Shown: one piece after another, positions 48,474 to 62,351 of the stretch | How positions within the stretch are numbered: the stretch's first letter is position 1 | How the letters are laid out: each line of letters begins with the position of its first letter | NCBI GenBank assembly: GCA_973895155.1 | Contig: OZ316897.1 | Location: forward strand, 11,431,832-11,495,831 | Direction: 5' to 3' | Origin: Marsupella aquatica | Lineage: Eukaryota > Plantae > Marchantiophyta | Length of the DNA: 64,000 nt | Notes under the pieces: generated by a model | Database searches by the model: none | What the model was told of the DNA's origin: nothing | The model's input: the letters and a program-made list of their open reading frames with translations, nothing else | Translations under genes and position numbers: made by a program

Positions 48474-51400
48474 CTACTTGTTTGCATCAGCTGCTTTCAA
48501 CAGGCGATTTAACTCAACAGCCTTCCAGGACATGTCCTTTCGTTGCACGTTTGCTGCAAAGCCAGTGCGCGTGCCCATACTCCTTGTCCGCACTCGCTCG
48601 ATGATCTTTTGTTTCTCAGAGTGATCTTCATCGTAAGCAACCACCTATGAAACACACACGTTGGATTTAATGTTTCCGCTCATACAGAGGAATGAGCCAC
48701 CAGCTTATCATAGACGCAAGAAAGCTGTTGCCAGTGTTCCGAGCAACGAGACTTCTACCAGAGATCACGGAGCACATATGGGAGCCAAGAACTGAAGCCA
48801 TGAGAAGAGAAGAGCAATCCTTATGAGATTCCTGAAGTTGTCCACACCACTGTCGAGAATTGTATGCTCGAGCAAAATGCTCGGGCTTTCCGTTTTTGCT
48901 AGCAAACTAAGCTCTAGCCACGCATACACAGAATTGTCTCAAGGCCACACTGAAGGCACATGGCAATCAGATAGGCTTCTAGTTACCTACATTCACCTCA
49001 TAGAAACGATAGAATACTAAGAGGAAACAATATAATATTGGAGAAAGAAACGATACATACCTGAGAGTCCATTTGTGACTCTTCGAAATTCTCGTGATTG
49101 TCTTCAGGCGGAGGTGAAGACTGCACGGGCTGTTCACCACCACTGTCAACGGACCTGAAATTAGCAAGCCCACTGTAAGGTTTGCTACAAGCTGGGAGAC
49201 AATACTGAGAGAAGCTTGTTTAAAGGCATCACGTACCAAACTATATTAGATGCCTAGGTTACATTCAGTGACGCAATACTCGGGTAGCAAACGAATGTAA
49301 CAAACGCGGTAATGTTACAAACGACGTTCAAAAGGGCAGTCATCAAACGCAGACAACAGTCGTGAATGGCGCCAAGGTCAATACCTATTTGTCACATGCT
49401 TTGGGCGTTTGAAATTAGCTCGTTGAAGCATCTCTCCCACATTCCTCCTACCCAGCTTTATTATATCATGTGAGAGAAGCTGTATTTCAAGTCAAAGACA
49501 CACCTTGCAGTAATATTTCTGACATACTAAATCACGAGTAGCAAGTTTAGAATAGAAATTAAAACCTTGTTCATGCAAAGCAAATGTCACTGTAAGCTTG
49601 TCAACGTCTCTTTTTGATCGTGCGTCATATAAATTCATGCAAGTATACAAATCAGGATACATCTCGATGCCTCTCAGGACTTCTGGAAGTATCCTCACTT
49701 TGGACCTGAAACGTAAGTCACAAGTTAGAATCGCACTCGCAAATGTGAAAACAGAGGCTGTCAGTAAGAGATGAGGTTCAGCTCCACCTATTCCAGCGTT
49801 CTGACTACACAATAACTATCCTTGCAGATTGGACAAACGAATTGGCATTGATGATGACAGATAGAAAGTCATCGGTACCTTGCTTGTTTGTGCAAGAAGT
49901 CCCTCAATAGCAGCCGCAACGTCTTTGTCAGACTCATCCTGCTCATTCTCAGATCCAATTGGATCAGCTGAATTTTCCAGGTCTGATGAATTCTGGACAT
50001 GCCGATGATGTCCAGTGAGTTCACTTCCATCACTAGGTCTGTCGCCTTCTTTCACAGCATTATGGAATTCGCGCTCTGTCGTAGAAAGTCCTAAATCGAC
50101 TGGCACAAGATCAGCTGAATTTTCCAGTTCTAGTGAAATCTGAACATGCCGATGATGTTCAGTGCCTTGACTACCATGAGTGGGTCTGTCGCCTTCTTTC
50201 ACAGCATTACGGAATTCTCGCTGTTTCTTAGCCAGTCCTAAATCGACTGGCACCGACAACCCTCTCAAAGAAGTGACTGATTTTGTTTTAGATCTTGTAG
50301 TGGGCGCCCTTGTCGCATCGTCATTTTCCCAAGAGGCTGTTAGTTCGTCCCATGGGTCAAGGTTACCGCCATTTTGTGAAGTCAAATCTGTCAAAGGTCT
50401 GTTGCATTGAAGGGCATGCAACCTTCCTCGTAAACTTGACTTCTTCTTGATGTTTCCTGTATTTCCTAGATATCAATTACGATGATCCCACAGATTAAAC
50501 AGTACGGCATTGAAGTATACATTGATCCATCATCTTATACACTTCTTTCCCATACCACATGCTAGACGCAAAATACCATTTTCCAAGAAAACTTTAAGAG
50601 AAGCGCACTTGGCTTTACCTTTCTTCTCAATTCTCCCAATTTCGGTTTCTTTGGCAGACAAGGGAACTTCTGCTTTACTTTCCGCTAAGCATCTCTCAAT
50701 GACTGGAAAGCCAGTGTCATGGGACGTCAACTGGAGAGGGTTTTGAGTTGGTATTACAAATCCAGCCTCTTTTTCTGCTGCGGTCAACTTCTTTGGTCGA
50801 TAAGGATCTGCGGCTACAACCATGCTCTGTATAGAACAGCAATGTAAGCACCAGTGAGTGCAAAAAAGAGAGGATAACTGTGGGAAGGATAAGACATTAC
50901 CCATTCATATACTGTTCGAATTTTTAATTGCCGTCGTCTGACATTTGTTTAGCAAAAACCTATAATCCCTTCAATTCTATTAAACGATTAGCCAAGGCCT
51001 CACAACTACGAGGCTATTCCCGAAAGTCTTCACTTTCGACAGCTGTCCCTCCCAGCAGTAAGGCCAGAGTGGGACTGAGGATTGGGCTCTGTCTGTCACT
51101 CACAACAACCCAGGTCACCCATTGCCTTCTGGGCATAAAACTCATCACTACCGACTTTGAAGCTATCATGGCAATGAAACCAGAAAAGCTACTGGTGTAA
51201 GTCCCTTACTTGAGCCACACATGCATACAGCCATTCTGCAGTGACGATTTCAACACCCCATAGTGATGCAGCTTCATACTTCTCTCCGTCGCACACCTTG
51301 CACAGGAGGTGCGTTGCTCTTCTGTTCATTTGCTTCTCCTGATACTTGGCCCCAAGAACATTGCAGAGATTATAGAGCAATATTCGTTCCCTATCGGCAT

Positions 51401-54400
51401 ATTGTGTAGCGGCAAATCTCAAGGTCTGAAATCCAGGCAAGGGAACTTCACAGCATAGAGGCTGGAAGAGAATATGGCTGGTGATGTCAAGTAGAGTGCC
51501 CTCCTATTACAGTACATGTTCAAGTATCATATAATTGTTTGGGTCAATCGGATCGAAGTAAAGATAACAACGGAAGCACGTGGTCAAATGTACTGCAGAG
51601 AACGCTGGCGAAAGTGTCAGAGTACCATTATCTAACATGAAACAGAAACTTCGACAGAGGAATCACGGGATTCTGGGTGCTCCTACCTCTAGGCAATACT
51701 TGATCCATTGAGTCGTTACAATTTTCAGATTTGACTTGAGACGAGGATCCCTCGGTAATCCGTGTGGAGAAATTACGAACTCTGCATTCAGTATTCCATC
51801 CAGTATACTATTGCCAACTCTCCCTCTTATTACACCTCCACCTTCCAACACCCATTGGACAACTTCTGCTCTCTGCATGATAAATACAGGCATAGAAGGT
51901 CTTATCCAACAAGATAAGAACATAGTATAACACTCAAGAAGCCTTGCTGCCGCATATGTTGCTCCAGGTTGTCATTTCAAATGAAAATCTGAGAAACTGG
52001 AAGTCAATGATCCTCAAAAGAAACCACCGAAGATCTCCGCTAATAAACAAGTTTCTGAAAATTTGCAACAAATTATATCAAACTTACCATGCAAGCTTCA
52101 AAAGAGGGCGCAAATGCAAAGACGCGTCCTTGAAAGACCCCCTCCTTGCCTTCAGGATTTAGATGTAAAGAACTAGTTGTCTTACTTGGCTCACATCCAG
52201 TATCTTCGCAACCTGCACTACTAGTCATAGCAACTTTCATTAGGTGTTGAGGTAGATGTCCTGTTCTTATCACGGGATCTAAGCGGCCCGGATTTGAAGT
52301 TTGGGAACTTGTGAAGGAGTTGATTTCGAATCACGAACATCGAACACCAAGATCACCATAAGATCCTGAGAATCAGTTTCGTTGGCAAGCAAAAATACGA
52401 TCTAGCATTTGGCTGTTTATAAAAAACAACTTGCCCAATCAGTAATATGAATACAGGTGTGATATTATTTTCATTGGCACTACCTTGCCGTGGGTGACTG
52501 GCAGGGTTTGATACCAATGTGTTCAATGGTTGTTGTGAAGCGTCTTTATCCTGAGAAGTTGTAAAATCTGGTCCAGTATCTGGTCGTGCCTCAGATGCAT
52601 CGCACAACTTTCTTGGCAATTCTCTTGCCACCACACTGTCTATCGATGACTTCTTCTCATCGACCAGTACTGTCTTGTTTCGTCCTGTAACCATGAGAAA
52701 GAAGCCCTTAGTCTCAATGACATAAACAGGGTTACGCACTACTCCTCGGCAAGGGAACTAGGAAATGGACGTAGAACGATGACCTAATACTCAATGTACT
52801 TTCAAGGAACACATCATATTCAAATTGTATGAACTTAGAACTCCAACACAATTAAATACCTGCTTTCCAGCGGGAATCGTGTGAAAGAAGAGCTTCTGGT
52901 ACAATGAACTGGGCACTCACAGCCACTTCCCTTCTATGACGTGTGCATTCTTCCAACCATGTTGGCATAACAGTATGAACTGTACCCCACATAGCGTGTT
53001 GTCGGATGGCCTTCAACTCACTACAAACAAAATACGAATAAGAAATGAGATCCATGTGTTTCTCTCGAAACCCTACTTCTTGTCATCGTGCCAAGACTAT
53101 TCTGTTCCTCTGTTCGACCTCTAGATATATACTCACAGCACTTCCAGCAAGCTCGATCAGCCCAAGAAGTTCACCAAACTTACAAGTCTGAATCAGAAAA
53201 TTTGTTAGGACTGGATTTCTGTCTGGAACAGGGGTATCGTACTCTAGTAGCAAAATGATTTTTTGATGAGCTTATAGTAGAAGGACATAAAGAAACTGCC
53301 CCTCACCTGTCCGAAGGCTTCCCAACGACCACATGGGTAACTCTATCATTGAATTCCATGTATCTAGTGCCACCACCACTCAAGACCATACGCAGCAGCC
53401 TTCGCATCTCATCCGACTCAAAGCCTGCTAAAAAGAATCGACAACCCGACAAATGCATTTGATCTCCTTCACCGGAAGTTGTCAGTTGCCCGCCTTGCCG
53501 ACCTTGATTGTCTCCCTCTGTAACAGAGGAACGTTCTGAAACAGAAGAACATACTTCAGCAGTAGGGCCTAATGCAGGAAATATGGGATCTTGAATGTGT
53601 TTGTCTTGGAATGGTGGTGGTCCAGATGTGACCGGATTAACCTTTGGGACATGACTTATACCGGTGCCTTGGACAGGATAAGAGCTTTCGTCAAGGCAAA
53701 CTGCACAGACCAAGCGCTCTGCATTAGACTAAATAGGGGCACCGTAGAACTATTGAAAATGCTCGATGTTTACGGAATATCACGACACTCGGATATAGAC
53801 ATGAACTACATCACAAAAAAAAGGTCAAAATCTTCGTAAGAGAGATCCACCGCCTGCTCCTTCCGGTAAATAGCAGCTATCAGAGCCACTGTTTCCAAAG
53901 ATGAGAAGAGGTTGGAGAGTGGAAATAGCCCGTGGACAAGAAGAAGTAACTACATAGCGTAAGGTAAAGCTCTCCCAGGAGCGGGTTCTTCTAATAAAGG
54001 CCCGAGGGCTGTTACTTAGACGGTCTCCCGAGAGGGAAGGCTCTAAAATGAGTTGAGCAAAGACCGATTTAATTTATTTTTAGTTTCAAGTCAAACAGAG
54101 AATGCCATTCTGCTTTTGAAGAATGTTCTGCTAAGTTTTCTCTCGACGGCTTTTTGCAGGTAGAGGACTTCCAATTTTCAAACGCTATTTTCAGGCAATG
54201 AAATTGTAATGATTCTAGACTGCATCTTGTTTGATATGAAGAATTAAATTGCGACCAATCTCCACTTGCCAATTGGGCAGCATATGGGCAGTATACCGAA
54301 ACAAGCACACACTTCCAAGACACTTATTAAACAGGATTGGAATGAAAGTACCCTTCTCTGAAAGACTGTTCCAGAACCAATCTTCGGTCACACACTTAAC

Positions 54401-57400
54401 GTTGCACCAATGCAGCTTCACCATTTTGAATTTGTCCCCTTCTGCCGAGTGAATTTACTTAAGGAACTGCCACCATTTTTAGGCAAGTTAGCCAAACTGC
54501 TACGAGAACGCTATGCCAGTGCCGACTCTTGATACAAAAGGCAAAAAGGAAATAATCTATTTCAAAGGGAGGATATGTTGGCGATCAAATGCGTGCACTC
54601 CCTCGTGAGGTCTGCCCTGAGAGTGCCCCCGTTCTCCTTAACAAGTTTGGCAATGTTATTCCGCCGCTCTGATCCAGGGTCAAAAAAGAGCATAAGGTAT
54701 ACAAACATTTGAACATCAAAACTCAATGTTGAGACAAAGTCATCTGATTGGACAGGAAAGTCCGGATTCATATGGACGGACACCACATGCTCTTCCCCAA
54801 GATAAAAGAAATTACTTAAAACAACGAGCGTCATCCGACATAACTCATGCTGGATGAGGTGGCTTTGACAATAGAATGATTGGCACATTTCACAAAACAG
54901 AATTTATGCAAGAAACTTACCCAGTAATATTCCAGTGGTGCACATTATGATGCCTGAAAACATAGGCAGCCTGTAGGGCTCAAGAGGAACACGCCGATGT
55001 TCACGAAAACAATGCCATAGCCATTGAACGTTGAGAATGGGTTTCCGCAAGGTAAATGCTGCCCACTGATTGTTACCGTAAAGAGATAATGCTTCCATTA
55101 GTATTTGGAGGCCAAGACATTGTTAGCTAAAAGTTAGAAGGAAGGGAATAGGCAACTTAGTTATAACAGGCATCATCACCTACTCATAGCAACTTCACAC
55201 GGCTTGGATTTTAGACACGGGCTAAAGCTCTGGGACAAGATAACGTGTGCAAAGTTAACTCATCGACTTAAATTCTTAGTTACTATTCAGTTAGAAGATC
55301 ATGGAACAAAACGATCTCAAACGACAAAGTGCGCATCATTGCCAGCAAACACTTATGATGAAAAATAGTTACATAGGGAACGTTTGTTCCAAGTCTACCA
55401 GTCCACGATCTTGCCCCCAATGTCCGGCCATGGATCGATCTTGACATCACGGTCAGCTACCAAGAAGGTATCACATTTCTTCTGTGACCATGTGAAGGAA
55501 GAAAACCAGTCACATTGGTAGAGCGACGGGCATCCCTCGCCAGCAATATACTTGGATTAGGCGGCGATTTCGGACCTTGTATTTCGGAGTCAGAACGTCC
55601 TTCGCAATTACGAAGTCGACATCCATAGACGCTTTGGTGCAAAACTCTCCACCCATGGCCACAACCATTTGGTGGACGCGAGTCTGGACAATGACGTTCC
55701 AACCAGTCTTGTTAAGAAACAGCCCCAAAAGTACAATGAATCAATGAATTTTTGTGAGGTCGACACTGGAGGAAGGGACACTGAGCATACCGTACACGGT
55801 GGAACACTAGCACCTTGGTTGAAACGCTTGCGACCAAAATTCTATGACAAGAAGGCAACCTAGACAGAGGTATACAAACGATAACCTCGTGATAAAATAG
55901 ATACCAAGGAATCTTATCAGATGATGCACACTCAACAAATAAGAACAGGTGAATAACTGCAGCGACGTGTAAAGCACAAGACAGGTGAATCTATTCTGGG
56001 TCAGTGCAAAGCACACGCAGGTGATGTGATTGTAGCTTCGTGTTTTGGAGGAATATGACCTACAAAGCAATAACTCGCCTCCCACAGCTCTCTACTCCAT
56101 AACAATGCAATAAACAATTCTATAACCTTGGCAGCCTCTTCAAATCCCGTTGAAAGGATTCTTATCCCGTCAAATGTCAAGCAGCATGTATACGGTGAAG
56201 ACGGGAATCTTCTGCGCTCCTTAGCACATCGTAGAATGCACTCCGGACCTACAATACAGTATATACTCAATAAAAATATTACGTTGGATCTCTGGATCTT
56301 GAAAATTTGAACTCTAGGTAAGCGTTTTCTCGTTAGTAGACAATCCTTTGGATCCTGTCATTCAGAATTGACTTAAATGCCCCTTGTGCGTTTCAGAGAT
56401 GGTGCCTTGGACTCTCGAATGCATGGATTCGTTCCGCTCCGTCTTTCAGGCCCATTGAGAGTCACCCTAGACTTCGAATTCTCTGCGAGCGTTCATCTCT
56501 TGCTGAGATAACCATCTTGTTAACATGAGATGCAAAGGCTTGTCGAGTGGTCGAATTCACACCATCCAGATCCGTCTGCTCCTAAATTACCGTAACAAAG
56601 GTTCGTCCATCTCCATCCGGTCACTAATGAGATCTCGTTCCACAGCATTCTGCTTGTTCTTTGGTTAATTTTTTCCCTTTCGTATGTCCAAAATGAATCA
56701 CCAAAGCAGTGCCATTCTCAGTCCTTTTGAAGGAATCTCAATCGACTCTCCGGATGAACGTTTAGCAAGCGTTTTTGAGGGAAGTTCCGGAGTAGCGGAA
56801 ACAAAAAGCAGCCGGGATACTGAACCTCAGCTCAGCCTCAAAACTGAAGGATGGCTAGAAAAACTACTACTAAACAAGCAGGGAACTAGCCTCACCTACA
56901 ATGTTGCAACCCCGTCTCGCTAACTCTGCGAACTTTTCCTGCACATTCAAATCAGAACGACGCTGCCTGAATGTTCTTGTTTCACAGATGTTGTGAAGGA
57001 AGTTACAGAGGATTAGTACCTACCAGTGACAGCACAAATGAATTTAACGAGTCAATCGATTGAATGGAATGTCCGAATTATTCCCTAAAAACAAATCCAG
57101 TCTGACGACGCTGCTCCGATGACAAATTTGGCCATCGATAGTATTGAAATTGATGGCACTTTATTGGACCCAATTAGCCTCACTTGTCATTTGTCCTATC
57201 GTGAATTGTGGATTATTTCCGGAGTCGATAAACGAAATTCAATTTGAAACAAACAAGAGTAGGAAGATGTACATACACTATCCCAGGAAGGCAGAACGTG
57301 GAAGTCGGTGCTGCTATTAAACTCCGGATTGCAACAAAGGCAAACCTCCGCTCCGTTGTCCTTCAGCACTCCATGTAGCTTATCGAATATTTCTGGCGGC

Positions 57401-57444
57401 ACCAGCGTCCGCGAGAGCATCACTTTCTGCCCCTTGAACGCCAT
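48474..57444 (-). CDS. TOPBP1: TOPBP1/MEI1-like multi-BRCT DNA replication and damage checkpoint protein (multi-exon)
   Basis: Starts MAFKGQKVMLSRTLVPPEIFDKLHGVLKDNGAEV. Exon 2 EKFAELARRGCNIV. BRCT exons include MGGEFCTKASMDVDFVIAKDV, ENGGTLRADLTRECTHLI, LSGCRFFLAGF..GGGTRY and LCNVLGAKY..THLLCK..KYEAASLWGV. Last exon VVAYDEDHSEKQKIIERVRTRS..ADANK* (TAG 48474-48476). Confidence 0.93.
54449..54576 (-). other. AT-AC U12-type intron in TOPBP1-like gene
   Basis: Donor ATATCCTC after CTHLIAN, branch TTCCTTAAG ~9 nt before the AC acceptor; in-frame join to SAEGDKFK. Confidence 0.9.
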
Positions 57445-57793
57445 CTTGCCACCACTTCCACATCCACATCCACTCCACACCACACTAGTCTACACCACAC
57501 GACTCCGACTCGAACAGCAGCCGCCTACAGATTCTCCCGAACCGAAGAGTCGACGACAATCCAGGCTCAAAATTTCTGTACAAATTGCAAAACGATTTGC
57601 AGATTCAAACAGAGTGCCAAAGGCTGCTGAGGAGCACATCATAGAGGAGCGACTATGAATATTGAGCCTGTTTTGATTACGCTTTACGCCTCGCAAAATT
57701 ACTTGAGCAGACAGCGAAGATGTCGAGTGTGCTCCACTGCTTTCTGTTCCTGTTCGATCGGAGGGAATGACATCTTCGTGCTTTCGAAGCTCT

Positions 57794-57803
57794 CCCGCCA
57801 AAA
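57794..57803 (-). promoter_or_regulatory. E2F-type site TTTTGGCGGG upstream of TOPBP1-like gene
   Basis: Matches the TTTSSCGS consensus ~350 bp upstream of the ATG; replication genes are typical E2F targets. Confidence 0.6.
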
Positions 57804-58362
57804 CAAACTTGCCAGCCATTGATTGACGAAGGAAGTAACCTCGGCCCTTGCACTTACCAATGTTGATAATTGCAAATTGATAAGTGCATTTTTTTTAATT
57901 AATTTTTTCTTTTTACCAATTGGCTTAGGTCAATTGGCTAGGGGATTTATGACCCCTCTACACCCGGTGTGAAGGGTATGTGAAGGGTATATGTGTGTGT
58001 GAGTGGGATGGGTTTTGTGTGTAGTGAATTGGAGTTCTGATTATCTGCTCGGCCCCTGATTTAATCCTCTCTCCTTCCTGGTATGGGTCCCTGTCGGATC
58101 CGTTGGGGCTCACCCTGGTATGGGTTCCCTACAGAAAAAAGTGTCACATTGGGGTGGGGAGAGTCTAATTGTATTTCCTCCCCCATTTCAGTTCAAGACA
58201 AAAAACATAAATGCTTGGAAAATACAATTTAAGGTCTTTTAAGCAATTATTGCAATTATTGACAAATGCAAAATTTACAATTTGTTGGACTTATCAAGAA
58301 ATTCCAAGCATCCAACACGATGTTGGGAATGAGGAGGGATCGTGTCAACTTGTAAATTTTTA

Positions 58363-58710
58363 TGTTGAGCATAGACGAATTTCGCAACGGCAAGCTCATG
58401 AACCATCTAACGCACAAGAGTCGACACAGAGAGATACGTGGTTCACCTCCACATGAGGTTACGTCCACGAGAACACACAAGAGCTTTATTGCACTCTAGG
58501 CCGACCGACCATACCAAGCATCCACAGCACAAGCTCTCCCTATCTCTCAACTAGCTCCGTAACAATGAGCCTAAGTTTCGACTCTCCAAGCAAACACCGT
58601 TTGGTTATAGAGTGTGCATAACATGACTAACCTAATCAACTAAGTCTGCGACTAAGGTTAGCCTTAACTACGATACAGTTATAACTTAGACCTAAGAGTA
58701 AATCCTAACA
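58363..58710 (+). mobile_element. Solo LTR (family A, 3' type 2)
   Basis: TGTTGAGCA...CCTAACA, 348 bp, flanks tttta/cttta (4/5 TSD). Confidence 0.85.
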
Positions 58711-58711
58711 C

Positions 58712-59640
58712 TTTACCCATTGACACATTTCTCATTTCCGAAAGATTTTCAACAACAAAGTTTGACCTTCATCTCCCCTGATATTTAGTGGAATTGCTAA
58801 GTTAGAGTGTTTGGATGTTTGCAACAAGCCTAATATCTCTAGTTTTCATGGAGAATTGAAAGAGCTATGAACCCTATCCAGACTACTTCATCACTCTCTG
58901 TCAACACTTCTGCGTCCCACACTGTCCACACTTGTGCTTCCCAGCGTTTATGAGCCACTAACTTTGACACTCATAATTTATCTCCCTTGATATCAAATGG
59001 AAACTGAGTTTTCTGAGTTTGGCTGAGTGGCTTGGAAAGACCTTTCCAATGAGCCTAATCTAGTTGAATTTCATTGAAAATTGAGAGAGCTAAAAATTTC
59101 CAAGAATGATTGTGTTATATGTACTATATGAGCACAAAAGAGTATTTTGCTAGAGTCTATCTGGTTCGCAAAGGTCTATTCAAGCTTTGGAAAGATCATT
59201 TTATAGAATTTCTAACCAACCAAAAAAGATGAAGTTTCCATTGGAGATGGAGGATTTGACAACGTTAGGCTCATTAGAAAGATTTTGTCAAACATCTCCA
59301 ACGTGGCCCCCAAAAAAGATTCTAGTAAATGGAGCAATAAAAATAAAGAACATTGAGGGGGATACTAATTGTGAAGGTTAGCTGCTTAACATTAAGGCTT
59401 CTAGAAACGCAAACTAATTGTAGACAATGAGTGATTGGAGTAATCTTTCAAATTTATAACTCTCTCAATTTTTCATGAAAACTAACAATATTAGACTGGT
59501 TGAAAAGATATTACCAAAGCTCTTCCAACTAGCACAAGAAGAGCCAATTGGTAGGATATCTTGGGTGATATTTGAAAGTCAAAATCTGTTGTTGAAAATG
59601 TTTTGGAAACAAGAAAGTTGTCAATGAGAGTAGGTGTAAA
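58712..59640. mobile_element. Foldback/MULE-like non-autonomous element with long degenerate inverted arms
   Basis: 'cattgaca..tttccgaaagattttcaacaaca' and 'cctaatat..tagttttcatggagaattgaaagagctat' on the left are reverse-complement matches to 59568-59625 and 59454-59500. Confidence 0.7.
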
Positions 59641-59771
59641 AGGGTTCAGGGCCGATGGGGGTTACATGGTTCATAGCACAGCCAGTTCATGCTCATATGG
59701 GCTGTGCTATGAACCAGTATGGACAATGAGTATATATAAACCAGAGTTGCATATACTGGTATATATGGGAG

Positions 59772-60002
59772 ACAGGTTCCTCAGGCAAAAGACCCAATAA
59801 GGGGGGGGGAGAACCAAAGGGCCAAATATTTCAAACTGCCCAAAACAAAAGGTGCCCAACGGGGAGGCATGGTTCCTCAGGCAAAAGACCCAATCAAGGG
59901 GGGGAGAACCAAAGGGCCAAAAAAGGCCAGGGAGAAGACCACACAAGAAGACATGATACCTCCTGCAAAAGACCCAAGCAAGGGGGAATAACCAAAGGCC
60001 AA
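59772..60002. repeat. Three degenerate direct repeats (~90-bp period)
   Basis: cctcaggcaaaagacccaa..poly-G..aaccaaagggccaa x3. Confidence 0.8.
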
Positions 60003-62351
60003 GAAAAGGCGAGGGAGAAGACAAACAAAAGAACTATAAACAGACAAAAACACCAAAACCCCGAAACCTATCTATAGCTCGATCTATAAGCAAACTGAAA
60101 AACTGAAGATCTATAGGTAGAGTCGAAAGTCTCTCTCTCTCTCTCTCTCTCACACACATTTGGTTCCCTTCTGTCTTCTTCGTTTCCTTTGTTTTCCTCC
60201 CTCTATTGTGTTTCTCGCCTTTTGGGATCCTGTCTCCAGGTCCGGTGCCTTTCGTTCCCTTCGTTGTTTGGAATAATATAGTTTATGTATAATGTATAAT
60301 TTTGACTTCTGAAGACCGTGACTCATAGTCGTATGACAGCAACTTACTGTTCATTTCTTTGATCCTTGTTTTAGTCTGGTCCGCTCGAGACCTTTTCCTT
60401 GTTTTCTCTCGCTGTACTTCTCTTCTTCTTCTGGAAATTTTATGCAGGAAAGCGAAGAAGTGAGTTTTTGCAAAGGTTCGAGCCACAGGTATCTCAATTG
60501 CGTAGGTTGAAAGCTCCAGCTCAGTCTGCTCTATTACAAAACCATTTCGAGCTCCGGTATGAGAGATTGCGTGCCATGGAGTCTCGTCTGATTGCCTGGA
60601 CTCAGAGCCGACAACTGGAGAAATCAACAGAGAGGTGATGAGAAGAAGCGGAGGAAAGCTGGATTGTCTGGGATTGAGGAGGATCAGACGAAGAAGGAAT
60701 AGTTTGGACGAAGGAGGAAGACGACGAAAGAAGATGAGGGTCAGAATAATGACAGCGGGAAGAAACGATTTTCGTGCTTGCGTAGAGCAGGCCGCACAAG
60801 ATACCGCGGGATGATGACGAGCGTTGACAAAGAGGCCAATGCTGTAGATGAAATTGCATGGAAGGCAATGGGAAAGTGGAGCAAAAGACTTCGAAGACCT
60901 GAGAGGCTGAAGACGAGCGGGTCAATCAGGGGAAGACCCGAAGGGCATGGTTTTGTGTAGAGATAGTTAATAGAATCACGTGTGACGGCAACAAGCTTAT
61001 CGTCGAGGGAATGAAGAGATGCCACACTTAATAAACCAGATGGGAAGAGTACTTCCTCCTTAAAATCAAATCGAAGGAAGAACTGCAGAGTCCTCCCTGC
61101 TTACAATCGAAGGAAGAATTACACTTGCAACTACGGTTTCGAGGAAAGAACGCGGTTATTTAAACCAAAATTTATTAGAAAGCTTGCATAGAAAATTCGA
61201 GACGTCCGGCCAGAATGTCTCCGTGATAAGTTGATTCTTCTGCCGGCGTCTAATCTCTTGACATACATGGGAGTCACCCGAGCGAGGCGACGGAAGAGAA
61301 TGATGTATACTTTACTCCGTCACTCTCTTTTATGTTTATCATCAGTTGATAGACTGAATGATTGACTTGGCTTACTGGCGAGGAGTTCCTATCTGAATTC
61401 CCATCTTTCAGTTAAGGCTATGGTGTCTGCTCTGCCTGCTCTTGTTGGCTCTCCTCGTACGTGCCACTTCAAGCGACAGCAGCCGCTTGACGACGATCAG
61501 ACGCGAAGAGCCTTGGTTGTCAAGTTTTGTTCATGATTGTACGCTTTAACTCCTGCCAGTGACTGTCTTCACGCTAGCGACACCCGAATTATCTCTTACT
61601 ATCGTCGCTTCTGAGTTTCTGCCCCACCTGATCATTCAGCTTGGTGGATTTCTGGATTTTTGACGGCTCTGTTGTGCTCTGTTGAGCTTCTTCCGCCGTC
61701 TGCTCAACAAGTACTTGCTCTGCCCTTCTGCCATGTATCAATTCAGCGTCGGTGTCAGTCGTTCATACTCTCTTTCCTGCAACTTGTTCTAGTATCTTGA
61801 CTATCGCTCGTTGATTTTCGTTCTTGCCTGTGCGTTCGTTCGTCTGTTCCTTCTACCAGACAACTTTAAGTCATTCAGCCTGCGGAAGTACTCTGCATAA
61901 TCTGCTCTTGCCCGAATCAATTCCGTTCGAGACTCCCGCTTGGGTCTCTCCGTGACGAATGCGTTCCCGTCTCTTGTGGTTAGTTTTCATGACTTCAGTG
62001 TCATAAGCAGTGCGTGGCGCAAGTGCAAATTTTTGTAATCTCAAACTAGAAATTGCTCGGTCGGTTGCAAACTCATCTAGTGGACATGACGGGCCTTGAT
62101 CTTCTCGTTAGTTGGTCTCTCTAGTTGCTGCACACATTGTCTAATGTTTTACTTTCGATGGATACAGGAATGATTCGCACAGTCTACATCTCATGACCCT
62201 GGTCGGTGATGCTGCAGCCCATTTTAAAAGACGTCACATCAGTGCGAGGTAGAAGAATTCCAACCATTTTAGCTAATGAAGTGCAGCGGAGACTGGGCAT
62301 TATACCCTGAAGCTGGTTCCCCTTCGACCCTAGGGACGGTACGCATTTCAA

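Noticed and set aside
55095-55121. Intronic NVLASKY* resembling the end of the preceding TOPBP1 exon
   Set aside because: Only 7 codons followed by a stop; it cannot be distinguished from chance.
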